Positions 43,801 to 58,030 of a DNA stretch of 64,000 bases are shown here, in pieces. The first letter of the stretch is position 1; every line of letters starts with the position of its first letter. The translations under genes and the position numbers were made by a program. Source of the DNA: the human T2T-CHM13v2.0 reference genome, Homo sapiens; NCBI RefSeq assembly GCF_009914755.1, contig NC_060935.1; one strand, 5' to 3'. The notes beneath the pieces are model-generated. The model saw only the letters and a list, made by a program, of their open reading frames with translations, was not told the DNA's origin and did no database searches.

Positions 43801-44130
43801 TTTCAGTTTTATCCATCACACTATAAAAAAGTAAATGTAAGGACTAACTTCAGCCATATAAGATTTATATTCTGGTTCAAACAATAAATATATATTAATG
43901 TAGTTTTTATATCACTGGACTATTATGTACATTTTAGGTCATTTTAACCATTTATTGCTTGTGTATTTGAGAGGAAAGAGACCCTAGGGATGTTTTAATG
44001 TACAGAGTGTCAATCTGAGTTGCTCAAGTTAAATCTGCATAGAAATATACAATGTGCTAAGTGACCTTTATATCAGACAATGTCATCTAAGTCCTACAAC
44101 AGAAATAACTGATTATAAGAGAACATTCTT

Positions 44131-44435
<305 letters not shown>

Positions 44436-44904
44436 AGAGACCATTATTCTTTAAGCCACGGATTCCCAGCTCTGGCTTTTTAGCTCCTCAAGTTTCCTTC
44501 AGATGTTTCAAGGGTAAAGAAATGCTTCAAAGCAGATAATTATTCACATTTTAGATTTTTATGTTGTCATAATTGTCTTCGTGTGGGGTAAGAGAAGAAA
44601 TGGAAAATCTTGCATTTAATGTTAGTGTGAACAGTTCTGCAAGTGGAGTTTTTCTGGCCTCATGGAGTTATAGCACGTATTAGCAAATCCTCCAAAATGC
44701 AAAATAAAGTTGGTAGTGGAAAATATTGCTACATGACGTTTCTAATCCAAAAGTCATTGTACAAAAGAGAAAATGTTTCTGCTGACTTCAACATTATGTC
44801 TCAGATGATTTCCTGCTTTATATATTCACAGCTACTGCCAAATTTAAGCTGTGTTTTGTTTTACTTTTAATCTCTTAATTGGCTACTTCAGCGTTCCCTG
44901 ATTT

Positions 44905-45007
44905 TCCCTCCCTCCCTTCTTTCCTTCCTTCCTTCCTCCCTTCCTTCCTTCCTTCTTCCTTCCTTCTTTCCTTCCATTCCTCATCCTCTTCCTCATTCTC
45001 CTCCTCT
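44905..45007. repeat. (CCTT)n/(CCT)n polypyrimidine repeat
   Basis: Direct inspection. Confidence 0.9.
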
Positions 45008-45037
45008 CAACATCTTCTGTATGAGATGTAAAATTTC

Positions 45038-47435
45038 GTTTTTTTTAACAGCTTATTGAGGTAAATTAATGCACAAAGCATTGCAGTTATATATGTGTAC
45101 GATTTGATGTCTGAACATATACAAATACCCATGAATCTATTGCCACAATCAGGTAATAGACATATTTGCCACTCTCAAAATTTCCTCAGGACTTTGTTTT
45201 TCTTTGTTTGTTTTGTGGTAAGAACACTTACATGAGATCTACTCTCAAAACTAATTTTGAATGTGTAATACCATATCGTTAAATACAGATGCAGTGTTTT
45301 CATGAATGTATTCATCTGGCATAACTGACACTTCGTACTTATTTTACAAATCTCCAATTATTCCACCTCCTACCTCTGTATCTGCTGACAGCAACTATTA
45401 TATTTTCTGCTTCTATGAATTTGACTATCATAGCTACCTCATATAAATAGAACCGTGGAGTATTGGCCTATGACTGGACTTTTTTTTCACTTAGTATATT
45501 GTCCTCCAACTTCATCAATATTGTCTCAAATGCCAGGATTTCCTTCTTTTGTAAGCTGAATAATATACAAGTGCATGTGTGCCTGTGTGTGTGTGTGTTT
45601 GTGTGTGTGTAATATTTTCTTTATCCATTCATTCTTTGATGGACACTTAGGTTGATTTATATCTTGGCTATTGTGACTAATGATACAATAAACGTGGAGT
45701 GCCAATATCTTCAGGAGGGGATGATTTCAATTCTTTTAGGATATGTAATCAAAATGAAAATGCTGAATCATATGGTAGTTCTATTTTTAATTTTTAAGGA
45801 TATTTCATAATGTTTTTCATAGATGCAATACCATTTTACATCCCACCAACAGGATACAAGAGTTCCAATTTCTCCACATTATGGCCAACACTGCTATTTT
45901 TCATTTTCATCCTAACTGGTGTAAAGTCATATCTCATCAGAGTTTTGATTTGCATTTCCTGATAATTAGAAATGTTGAGCATATTTTCAAATACCTAGTG
46001 CCCATTTGTATGTCTTTTTTGGAAAAATACCTGTCCAAGTCCTTTGTCCATTTTTAAATAGGGTTATTATAATTATTATTATTATCATTAATTTTGATAC
46101 TGAGTTGTAGGAGTTTCCATACATTTTAGATAGAACTGCTTATCAGATATATGGTTTATAAATATTTTATCTGATTTCATAAGTTGCCTTTTAATTTTGT
46201 TGACTACTTTCTTTGTGGTACAAAAGCTTTTTAACTTGATATAGTACCACTTAGCGATTTTTGCTATTGAGGCCTGTGCCTTTGGCATCTTATTCAAGAA
46301 ATCACTCCCATAATCTAATCAATGGCAGAAAGATTTCCCCTATCTTTGGTCTTGCTTTGTTTTCTTTAGAAGCTTTAGATTTTCAGGGCATATGTTTAAA
46401 TTTCTAGTCCATTTTCAGTTAATTTTTGTGTTAGGTGTAAGGTAGGCATTCAATTTCTTTCTCTCTTTTTCTGCATGTCAATATCCAGTTTTCCCAACAC
46501 CATTTGTTGAAGAAGCTATTCTTTTCTCATTGTGTATATCTGGCAACCTTGTCAAAGATCAGTTGACTGTATGTGTATGTGTTTATTGGCTATTTATTCT
46601 GTTCCATTGGTCTGTATATCTGTTTTTATGCTGGTATCATACTGTTTTTATTCCCATAGCTTTGTAATATATTTTAAAATGAGGAAGTGTGATGACTTTA
46701 GTTTTGTTCTTTGTGCTACTGATTGCATTAAGTATTAGGGTAATTTTAGTTTCATACAAATTTTTGGGTTTTTTTCTATTTATGTATAAAATGCAATTGG
46801 CATTTTGATGAGAATTGCATTGAATATATAGATCGCTTAGGGTAATATGGAAATTTTAATATATATTAAATCTCCAAATCCATGAACCCCAAGATGTTTT
46901 TCATTTTTTCTGTTTATTTAATTTCTTTCATTAATGTTTTATAATTTTCGATGTACAAGTTTTCCCTTTCTTTGTTTCCCTTTCTTTATTTTTATTTTTG
47001 ATGAAATTATAAATTAAATTAAATAGCTGTTTGAAGGGTATATTATTAATGTATGGGAATGAAACTAATTTTTATATGTTGATTTTGTACTGTGCAACTT
47101 TACTGAATTTGTTTAATTAGTTTTAACGGTTTTTGTGAGGAGCCTTTAGGGTTTTTACATATGGAATAATGTGATCTATATGAGAGATAAGAGATAACTT
47201 TACTTCTCCCTTTAGAATTTGAATTCCTTTTATTTATTTTGCTTGCTTAGTTGCTCTGGCTAGAATTTTCAGTATGACGTGGAACAGAGGTGGTAACAAT
47301 GGGCAGTGTCTTGTTACTGACCTGTGTTTATTATGTTTAGATGCATTCTTTTTAGACCTAGCTTGTCAAGTGGTTTTTAGTCATGAAAGGATTTGGATTC
47401 TGTCAAATGTTTATCTGTATCTACTGAGGTAATCT
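45038..47435 (-). mobile_element. L1MA-like LINE, 5'-truncated
   Basis: Antisense 3'UTR GTGGTAAGAACACTTACATGAGATCTACTCTC; ORF 46088-46297 KWYYIKLKSFCTTKKVVNKIKRQ (ORF2). Confidence 0.9.
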
Positions 47436-47577
47436 GAAATCACATCTTCAAGATATAATAGTGCCCCATTATCATAGATAAAGATGAAAAAAAGGTAGTG
47501 TGAAATTACAGCCTCTTGTAAATCAGGGTATTCCTCACAACACCTCTTTAGCTCCAGTGAGCTAGAGATTCATATTT

Positions 47578-48400
47578 ATCTTGTTTTGATTTCCCTCAAA
47601 AGTGGATCTTGAAATAAAGAATCAAACATAATTAAATTATTTTGGTGTTCACGCAACACATGTTGTGTTCACTGTTTTTGCCTTGCCCTAAAGAAATACC
47701 TAAGACTGGGTAATATATAAAGAAAATATGTTTAGCCATCTCATGGTCTTGCAGGCTATACAGGAAGTGTGGTACTGGCATCTGCTTCTAGTGAGGGACT
47801 CAGGAAGCTTACAGTCATGGAAGAAGGTGAAGGAGAAACTGGTGTGTCACACGGAGAGAGCAGGAGCAGGAGAGAAGGAGGAAATCCCACAATCTTTTAT
47901 ACAATTAAACCTCAAGTGAACTAAGAACTCACTCATCACCAAGGGGTGATGTTACACCATTCATGAAGGGTACAACACCAGGATCCAATCACCTCCTACC
48001 AGGCTCCACCTCCAACACTGGGAATCACAATTCAACATGAGATTTGGAGGGGATGCGTATCCAAACCATATTACATATATAGAAGAATGAGGTAGTAACA
48101 CATTAAAGAAAAGGAAGCTAGTAAATTTTGAACTTTCAAAATGGTTATCACTGTGGGTAGCTGAAATTCAGAACCTTTGGAGATCTCTCTCTAAAACCAT
48201 TGGAGAAAACATACAATTTTTATCGAAGTTATCTCATCTATGGTTGAGGAAGCTAGGGTTCTCACTACATCATTAGCTGATGATTGCTTCCAGCATTAAA
48301 TCTCCAGTAGTTCCATTACTCTAGTGTCACAGTAAATATCCTTCACTATGTAGAAGTGCATGAAGGGATATGTCTGGGCTTTTGCAGTACTTGCTATAGC
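47578..48400 (-). mobile_element. LTR16C-like ERVL LTR, split by MSTA
   Basis: TTCCCTCAAAAGTGGATCTTGAAATAAAGAATC...TTATTTTGG, resuming with GGTTATCACTGTGGGTAGCTG. Confidence 0.5.
47664..48073 (-). mobile_element. MSTA-like MaLR solo LTR
   Basis: AAAGAAATACCTAAGACTGGGTAA...CAGGAAGCTTACAGTCATGG...CCACCTCCAACACTGGG...CAACATGAGATTTGG...CCAAACCATATTA; TSD CATGT/CATAT. Confidence 0.9.
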
Positions 48401-49199
48401 ATTTTACAGACTATTACCATTCTCTGATTCTGTGTTTTCAATCCTTGCAGCCTTCATTAGTGTTTAGAATGCCTTTCCATACAGGACAATTTTAGAAAAA
48501 TCTACCCACATCAAAGAATTGGTTCTTTTCAGAGTTTGCTCTTCCTACTCATGCTTACAAGGCTGTAGAAACCTACAACCTGGAGCAAGCAACAAACATG
48601 CACACACACACACAAATAGCTTCAGGAAAATCCTAATCCCTCTAGCGAAAAGATCAGGAAAAAACAACCTAAAACATAAAAACAACAAAATGCCTTTGGC
48701 ACTATATTTTCTACTCCAACCAAACCCCAAATAAACAGCTATATTTACTCACACAATTTTATTAGGCCATAAGAGAAGTAGATCTTTACCAAATCCTCTC
48801 CCTCTTTCCATCTTGTGGACACAGGCATTGTGCTCCAATTCTCTTGCCAGGTAATATCAACAAGCTAAGTGAGGATCTTACCTTCTATCATCTCCTGCCT
48901 GGTATATTCAGATGGCAGTCTGATTTCCTTCCAGGATAGTGCATGTTTCATGGTTCGTGGGACTACAGAGCAGGAAGTGAAGTTAACTTTCCATTCCCTA
49001 CCTGATGGAAGCCGGAGTGCTTTGATTCTCTGACCAAGGTAGTATCAGCTGTGTGCCATTGTGAGATATGCCTCCACCTGACCCATGCAGCGGCAACGAG
49101 ATTGAAGAAGGCATAGCAACCTGGGTCTAGTAAGCACTCTTATTTTCCCCACTCCTGGTTTCAGCAAGACCAAGGGGACAGCTGAGGCTCCACAGATTT

Positions 49200-49570
49200 A
49201 AAAACCTATGTGAGCTACAAAGAGAGTAAGTCCCAAAAAATCCATTCCAAATAATCTTATAAACTTTTAAAAACCAAAGACAAACAAAAAGTCTAGAAAG
49301 CAGCCAAAGAAAAGTAATATTTATCTATAGAAACATACAATTAAAATGACAGTAAATTCCTCATGTGAAACCATGGAGTCAAGAAGAAAGTGGCAAAATA
49401 TTATTCAAGAGCTGAAAGAAAAATACTGTCAACTGCATATTCTATATCTGGCAAAAATATCCATCAGAAATCCAAGGGGAAATCAAGACATTCTTATATA
49501 AAAGAAAACTAAGAGAATTTTTTTACTAGCAACCTGAAAGAATGGCTAAAGGAAGTTTTTCTAAGAAGTA
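49200..49570 (+). mobile_element. Old L1M ORF1 C-terminal fragment
   Basis: Translates to ...ETMESRRKWQNIIQELKEKYCQLHILYLAKIS..., matching L1 ORF1p. Confidence 0.85.
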
Positions 49571-49836
49571 TATCCACCTTCCTGTTCAATTTGGATAATT
49601 TCATGTATCACTAATATATTCTGTGCAGTGTCATATTTCATTTTCATTATCCTGTCTCACCTAACAGTACTTAGCATCTGAAGCATAAAAACTCTGTTTA
49701 AACTATAGCCACAAAATGCTAAGCACTGCCTTTCTGTGGTAGTTACTAGAGTTATTTGCCAAAGCTCTCTTGCTCTTCATCCTCTGGGCACAATGTATTA
49801 TTCATATACTGGCTCATTTCTAGGTGAGTTTAACCA

Positions 49837-50130
49837 TGTATCATTTTGTTATTGCTATGAAACCAACTGTCTCCAAATTAATGGCTTAATACAATTTGTT
49901 TATTTCATGATTATATAAATTAACATTTTATGCTGGACTCAGATGGTTGGTCCTTTTTGTCTCTGATTTATATCTCGGTGCTCAGCCTCATGTTGGCTTT
50001 GCTGTTATTTGCTTGGTTCCATCACATGTCTCGTATTTTGCCTGGGAAAATTGGACTGAATTACCTTTGTTCTATATAGATTCTTATCATCTGTCAGATT
50101 ACCCTGAGCTCATTCATGTAATTTTTCTCA
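49837..50130 (-). mobile_element. Old MLT1 (F/G/H-like) LTR fragment
   Basis: TGTATC...TATTGCTATGAAACCAACTGTCTCCAAATTAATGGCTTAATACAA...GCTGGACTCAGATGG. Confidence 0.6.
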
Positions 50131-50429
50131 TGACACAATGTTTAATTACCAATGGAAGTTCCTCTTGTTCTCTCTTTTGCCTTACCAGGATGAATTACAA
50201 TGTTTGAGATGATGGATATTCCAATAGCCTGACTTCAGAGGAAGAGCACTGTAAAGATATCTTCCAGCATAATTGAGAAATGTACTTTTGTCATTTAAGC
50301 TGCTATTTTGTATTATTTTGTTATAATATTCTAGCCTACTCTGACTCATCTTTCCTTATAATAGATTCTAGATAAATGTTTATTGAATGAATGAATATTT
50401 ATTTTTCTTATTAATTTTCTGAAGCGGGT

Positions 50430-50850
50430 TCTTAGAAACCCAACTCATTGACAATATGTAGATGCTTAATAGAAAACCCTATGAACCAAAGATGTGAGCA
50501 ACCATGGATACTACTAAATTTATACCATCAAAAAAAAAATCAAGGATGGACAATCAGGAGTTTGATGGCATTTACCTCAAGAAAGAAAAAAAGAAATATT
50601 ACTATACCCAATTTTTTGAAGGGAGACAGGTTTTAGACCTGGAAATTCATAAAAGAATAATAGGTGGGTCCACTGAAGGCCAGATGATATAATATCTCAG
50701 TGAGTATATAAAACTATCATCTATACATTTCTACACTGGACAGACATATTGCCATTTACTCAGGTAACTGAGCACTGATAAAAATAAATATTTTAAGGAC
50801 TATCAAACTCAGAGACCAAGTTGATATTGACATAAAAACCAGCATTAATT
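50430..50850 (+). mobile_element. ERVL internal fragment (gag end/protease)
   Basis: GCCATTTACTCAGGTAACTGAGCACTG...GGACTATCAAACTCAGAGACCAAGTTGATATTGAC resembles ERVL PFTQVTVHW...GLLDTGSELTLI. Confidence 0.55.
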
Positions 50851-51225
50851 GTAGCACCAAGATTATTCTGAAATTTCTGAACTGACTCCTGACTAGCGTC
50901 CCACTATTGTTCTTATCCCCATGTAGTCCATCCTTCTGACATAAGATATTTTTTAAAACATTAATCCTACTATGTCATTCTGCTTAAAACCCTTCAATGC
51001 CCTTACCTTTCCTCACAGCCATTTCCCAATGCTCTTAATTCTTTCCTAAAGATCTGATTTCCAACTGGTATAATTTTTCTTCAAGCTGAATACATTTGCT
51101 TTAGCATTTCATTTAGTGCAGAATTGCTGTGACAAATTCTCTCAGCTTTGTTTTATCTAAAATAATATACTTATTTCACATTTATTCTTAAAGGATGTTT
51201 TGACAAATATAAAATTTTGTGTTGA

Positions 51226-51556
<331 letters not shown>

Positions 51557-51868
51557 TTTTTTTTTTCTTTTTTTCTTTTTTTTTTTTGAGACAGAGTTTT
51601 GCTCTTGTTGCCAAGGCTGGAATGCGATGGTGTGATCTCGGCTCAACACAGCCTCCGCCTCCCAAGTTCAAGCGATTCTCCTGTCTCAGCCTCCTGAATA
51701 GCTGGGATTACAGGCGTGTGCCACCAGGCCTGGCTAGTTTTGTATTTTCAGTAGAGACAGGGTTTCTCCATGTTGGTCAGGCTGGTCTCGAGCTCCCGAC
51801 CTCAGATGATCCACCCGCCTCAGCCTCCTAAAGTGCTGGGATTACAGGCGTGAGCCACCATGCCCGGC
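51557..51868 (-). mobile_element. AluSp-like
   Basis: GCTCTTGTTGCC, TTTCTCCATGTTGGTCAGGCTGG, CTCCCGACCTCAG. Confidence 0.92.
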
Positions 51869-52445
51869 TGTTGATTATTTTTTCTTTCAATATTTTAAAG
51901 ATACTGGTCTGTTATCTTCTGGACCCCATAGTTTCTACTGAAAAGTTAGCAATCATTTGAATTAGTGCAGTACACTTCCATTATGTGATTTCTCATTTCA
52001 TCCTCACAGCTTTCAGAATTTTCCATTTGTCTTGACTTTTCAGCTGTTTCAACATGATGTTTCCACATGTGTTTTTCTTATTTATTCTGCATGAAGTTAA
52101 CTAATGATTTTGAGTGTGAAAATGTACATCGTTTTTAAAAAAAATTGGATAAGTTTTTGATTATTTTCTTATTTATATATTTTGTCAGCTCAATATCTTT
52201 CTCCTTTCCATATAGAAGATATTGGACCTCTTGATATTGTCCCAAATTTCTCTAATATTCTGTTGATTTTCTTCCTTCCCTCTCCTTTTCAGAACAGATA
52301 ATTTCTTTTTATTTTCAAATTTACTGAAACTTCCTTGCTATCTCCATTTGGTAGTTAAGTTTAGCAAATTTTAAATATCAAATATTGAAGTTGACAGTTC
52401 TAAATTTTTGCTTGCTGTCTCAATAGATCTTATTTCTCTGCTGAG

Positions 52446-52560
52446 ATTATATACATATCTATATACATCTACATAAAATATGTATTATATACATATCTAT
52501 ATACATCTACATATAATATGTATTATATACATATCTATATATATGCATATATACATATAT
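52446..52560. repeat. AT-rich tandem repeat, ~38-bp unit, ~3 copies
   Basis: TATTATATACATATCTATATACATCTACATA(A/T)AATATG repeated. Confidence 0.9.
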
Positions 52561-54252
52561 AAATTTATTATTAGCATATTTTTATGAGTATATTATAATA
52601 GATGTTTAATGCTCTTTTCTGCTTAATTGAACATTTCGGTCGAATTATAGTTACTCTATATTTAGTTCCTTTTTTCTTGAAAATAGATCATATTTCCTAG
52701 TTCTTCACTTGTCAAGTAATTTTTAATTGTATCCCAGGTATTTTATATATTTTATTCCAAGTCTCTGGATTCTTTTTTATTCCTTTAGAGAACATTGTTT
52801 TTTGTTTCTGTATTTTCAAGCTTTATTGGACTTAAATTGTTGTCTGTCTCTTGGATAAAAACTGAAATTTCAGCTCAGTTATTTTATACTTCATTGGGAT
52901 GCTTGGCCTCTGAGTCGTGCACGTGCAGTTTAGGGGTCAGTCTGATATTTAGGCTTAGTTTATTCACAACATTTGTGATTAAATTCTTTCCATTCTTCTT
53001 GACTCTCTATTTTCTGAATGAAGTGCCTGCTTAGATTTCAATTACTATGGTTGCTTCAAACTCTATCTTCTGATTTTCTAAGGCCAGGGAGATGGTGAGG
53101 TTTCAGCTGAAGTTTTAGTTGCTTTATATGTGCTGAATGTGTCTTGCCCTCAGGTCAGAAGCTGTAAAAAGGAAAACCCACCCTGTAACCATAAAGTATT
53201 CTAAGTCTTAACATCCCTCTAGAATCTTCTTGCATTTGTTCACAATACAATAGTCAGGTAGTTACCCCTTTCCCCCACAGCCTATCTTCAAGAGCATCAA
53301 TTCAATTTGACCTTATTTCACCATAGAAGTTGAAGTCTCAGCTACTGAAACTCAATTAAAATTCAAATTCTGTATATTGACTTATAAGAATTAACATAAT
53401 TTGGGCCCCTACGTACTTCCCTTGTCAAACCTTGTTTCACCCTACCATTTGCTTATTACTTACCAATTCTAGTGGTCTTCTTTACATATTCCAAGCCAGT
53501 TCCATTTTGGAGATGTTTTACTTGCTTTTTTCTTCCTGGGATCTCTGATACTAACTTTTTGTTAGTCTAGGCAGATAGTTAGACATGAGCAGTAAAGGGA
53601 GCCCCTGGAGGAGGAATCTCTGGAAAATCTCACACCTCAGAGACCACCTGAAGCATGCATGCTAAATATGAGCAGAGGAGAGGGAAAATACCCATGCAGG
53701 AAGAAACACCTCAAAATGCCTATTAAGAGGCCCAGTAATCACTATCTCTGTAGTAAACTGTGAAAATGCAGCGAGCTGATAAGAAGGGAAGAAGGCCAAA
53801 GGGGAAATTCCTAAGAGATATGTAGGCACAGTAAGTATAGATTTGACCACTATACGCTGGAGTGGCAGTAATGAGCAATGCTGCCATTAGGTAGAATTTG
53901 TATTGATCACTGGGCCCCACGGGTGCAGATTAACTCACAGTAAGGGAGAATCCTACAAACCTGAGTGGGAAACAGGTGGAAACAAACGTGGATTCCTAAG
54001 ACAGAAGCAGAAAACTAGACAAAGATAGAGGCAGAGACTTGAGACAGTGGCAGGAAATGTCTGACATAATAAAAACTGCAATACAGAATATTCAGGGCTG
54101 TTTCCATCTGGGTCAACCCACTCTTCTCTTGGAGTGTACTCTTATGTCCTTAATAAACCTTTTTTCTTGCGTTATTAATTGGTCTCTTGGCTGAAATCTT
54201 TCCTCCGAAAAGACAAGAACGGAAGACTCCTGTGCGTTCCAGTAACATGTTG

Positions 54253-54270
54253 TGGAGCCGTGACTCAGAT
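54253..54270 (+). other. Primer binding site complementary to tRNA-His
   Basis: TGGAGCCGTGACTCAGAT versus His PBS TGGTGCCGTGACTCGGAT (16/18), just after the 5' LTR. Confidence 0.85.
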
Positions 54271-55314
54271 AGCCTCATCCATGAACTTTTGTTTGTGGTA
54301 AATGCCACAGTGGTCCCAGACTACCTGGTCGACTACCTCTGCTTCTTTCTGTGCTGCTGTACTACAGTTTAGAGGAAAATCTCCTACTCCCAATGCTGTT
54401 CTTGCTACTTTAAGGTGAGTGTTTTCACTTGCTCTCTCATTCGCCTACAAATCTCCAGAACAATTCCCTTCAGTGACTGACTCTACTCCCTCCAGATGAT
54501 TTCTCACTTCCTGCTGATGGGTGACAAACGGAGATGGGAAGACTTCAAAGTCCACACTGGGTAGATCTAAGTCGCTGTCGCCCTCCCTGACAGGAGGTTT
54601 ATGAAGGTGGCCGGACTTAAGCTCAGACTGCACAATGACTAGGGATCTTTTTATTTCTGAACCCAAAATGATTATCTTCCAATAAGTCTGCTGTTATACT
54701 TGCCTTTCATTGAATTTCTCCCCTCTTCTCCTCCTCTGGACACAAACAACCCCAAGATGGAAGCACGTTCCCATGAACTATTAATCTGGCAGATCAGTTC
54801 ACTTAGCCAGGGCTCTAGAGAATTACCATGGCTTTTCAAGCATCTTTTCTGCAGAATCCCTAAGGAATCTCTTCAAAACAGGGGAAGGTTTCAAACCTTT
54901 GCCCACACCTCTAACCATCTACATCTTTTATCTAAATGCCATTATGCACTCAAAGAACCCTTTGTGGAAGTCCCTTATCTGCAAGCTTTGGTGGGGGTAC
55001 AACTATTGGGCTTCTTAAAGGGCCAGAGTCATTGAGAATATAAAAGGCAGCAAAATTACCCCTGTGCCAAATACTCTTCCAGCCGCTAACCAAAGGGTGA
55101 CTGGGGAGATATTTCTGAGGCAAAGAGAGAAAGAAGAGACCAAAAGAATCAAGCCCATGAAAAGGATCAACTAAATCTGGAGCTCCCTATGGGCAAGGCA
55201 AGTGCTGTCTTGCCTTCCCAAGTCGGGTGAGGGATGCCTCACCTTCATACATCATTGTAGAAATGGACAGTGGACACCTCCTTCATCTTACAATTCTCCT
55301 GTCTTTTCTTTTAG

Positions 55315-56150
55315 CTGGGTAACCAGATGTCCATACCCCAAGATTCCCCCAGTCTCAGAGGCATCCTTTAAAAAAACTGGGATAAATTTGACCCTCAAAC
55401 TTTAAAGCAAAAAACTAATTTTCCTTTACAAAACCAGAGGAAATCTGGCCAGAGAACAGAAGTACAAATTTTAGTATGATCCTTCAGCTGGAACTTTTCT
55501 GCTGCCATCAGGGCATATAGTCAGAGGTCCCCTATTTACAAACCTTTATGGCCTTGAGGGAAGACCTTAAACTTGGTAAAGCTTAGAAGGCAGACCCTGC
55601 CATCTGAGCTATAGTTAGCCACCATAAACTAGGGTCCAAATTAAAATTCTGTAGCCTTTCTCAAAAGAATACAGGAAAACCTTATTAAGCATATCAACTT
55701 AAACTTGGAATCCCCAGAGGGACAACTAGTCCTAAAGATCATCTCTTTACCCAAACCACCCCAGGCATTGGGAGAAAATTATAAAAGTCAGCCTAAGGAC
55801 CCAGTGATCCTATGCCAGAAATCCTCAAATTAGACTTCTTAGTCTTTTGTCACCAAGATCAGGATGAGGAAGACAGGGCTAAGGAAAAGGAGAAATGCAG
55901 GGACAAGAGGTAGGCCCAGCTATTGGTTGTTTTATAAGTCCTCCAGCCACCTCCAGGTTGCCCTAAGGATATTCATTCAAGTAACTGCAATTGGTGGCGA
56001 AGACTAGACCACTGCCCAAATGAGCCAAATGGGAAAGCCCCATGTGGCCTGCCTCTCCCTCTGCCAGAAGCTCAGTCACTGGAAGAGGGACTGCCCTATG
56101 AGCCAAAAGGTGACCAGTTGGGCCCCCATCCAATGATGGCCTTGAGCTGA
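55315..56150 (+). pseudogene. gag: gag remnant (MA and NC)
   Basis: NWDKFDPQTLKQKLIF...WPEN...MILQLELFC...EVPYLQTFMAL; zinc knuckle C..CQKLSHWKRDC at ~56050-56094. Confidence 0.85.
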
Positions 56151-56199
56151 AGGGGCCCCATGCTCCAGCTAGCTGCCAGATCAGACATTGTCAATAAAA

Positions 56200-57115
56200 G
56201 AGGGCAACTTTGGAAGTGGAAAGTAGGACTATACATTTTCTTTTGCATTCAAAAGCTAACTATTTTGTGCTAACCTCCTTCTCCAGACAACTTTTCTCCA
56301 AATCTTGTTGAATGATGGGGGAGAAAAGCACCCCTGCTCCCTCAAAAGATTCCTTTATATTACATATGGGACCAATTACAACTCTCCCACCAGTCCCTGG
56401 CAATGTCTAAATGCCCCACACCCCTTTTGAGTAAGAATGTACTTTTCAAGATGTTTGGCTATTTAATATTTACCCAATCTCCAAATTTATCTTTTCCTCT
56501 AATGGCCTTATTTCTCCTAGAAAAGCCTACTAAACCTTTAACCAATTATGTCAACCTGGACAGTCTTACCTCAGGGTTTTAAAGACAGCTCACACTTATT
56601 TAGATAAACCCTAGCAAGAAATCTAACCAAGCCATATCTTGAGGGGGGATAATTACCACAATATATAGATAATCCACTCCTCTGCTCCCTCTCCACAAAG
56701 CTTGCAAAACATGCAATACAAACCTTAAACTTCCTATCAAAAGGGGGTTCTAAGTATCCAAAGCCAAGATAGAGAATTTGATACCTAGAACTAATCAAAT
56801 ATATACACAGGGAGTATTGATGGCTGGAGACCCTTCTAACAACCAACGCTTGTACCTACCAAAAACTCAGGTCCTTATTAAAACCTGAACACATTTATCT
56901 GCTAGATATCTACTAATTCATCTTATGGAAAGGCCCTTTTACTGCTTTGCCTTCTACCTCAACAGCCATTAAAGTTTCTGGAATTTCTAGTTGGATCCAT
57001 CATTTCCAAATAGAATCCTGGGAAGATTCTGAGGAAACAAGAATGAAACCAACACCCAACTATGCTTGTGAGCCACAGGAGGACTAAAAGTTCCTATTCA
57101 AATGAAAAGATAAGT
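56200..57115 (+). pseudogene. pol: pro/pol remnant, largely deleted
   Basis: WTVLPQGFKDS (~56557-56590), QYIDN (56659-56673), integrase C-terminal WKGPFT...AIKVSGISSWIH (~56926-57000). Confidence 0.85.
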
Positions 57116-57379
57116 AATGTTCCCCCTCCTTTTACCTCAAAGTAGGGTAGTCCCAATATTGGGAATCTTATTTGTGGGAGCACTGATTATTCCTCTTATT
57201 TTAACCCTATCTTATACACCACCAGGAATTCCAATAACAGCTTGCTTTGTCACTAACTATTCACCATAAACTAATAGAGTCTTTCCTAATTTTATAATAA
57301 TTCTTATTTCAATAAAGCCTAAAGGGATTAGGCTATAACAAAAAAATACATCTTTCCACTCTTCTCTCTCACTTATCCC

Positions 57380-58030
57380 TTTGCCATATGGGCTCAATGA
57401 GGCAATGATTTCCTTGTCAATTTCTCCAAAATAATTGCCTCAAGAAATAACCTTTCCAACCATTGGATTTGACATAACCACACTACCAAATCTTTGTCTT
57501 TGCAATGCATCCCAGTTGACAGTTTTACTTTAAATCTAACACTAGCTTCAGGGAGCCCTATGGACCATCTTATGTCTAACCGATTCCAGATCTCACTTAC
57601 TTCTTACTGTCCTCAAACAACCAGTGACACAATCTCTAATTTCAACACCTCGCTAACTTCTCTTGCTAATGAAATCATAGACAACAGACTAGCTTTAGAT
57701 CACCTCCTTACAAAACAAGGCAGAATCTACCCTGTAATTAATAAATTCTAGTATACTTATGTCAACAATAGTAGGCAAATAAAGGAAACTATAACGAAAA
57801 TCTACAACCATGCTAAGTAGCTTCATAAACTTTGAAAAGAAAGTCTCTCAGCAAATTCCATCTGGAACTCTGTAAAATCTGTTTTCCCAACTCACATGGT
57901 TTCTCCTCTTACTGGGACCAGCCACCTCCATACTTCTACCCCTCTTTTTTCAACACCAGCTTTTTAAACTTACTTGTTAAATTTGTCTCCTCAGGCATAC
58001 AACAATTTCAGACCAAGCTTCTATAATATA
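57380..58030 (+). pseudogene. env: env remnant (TM with immunosuppressive domain)
   Basis: SLTSLANEIIDNRLALDHLLTKQG in ORF 57494-57751, followed by decayed CX6CC and TM region (LLVKFVSSGIQQFQ). Confidence 0.85.

Noticed and set aside
57494-57751. Domesticated env (syncytin-like) gene
   Set aside because: SU is largely deleted, a stop follows the ISD and the CX6CC motif is lost
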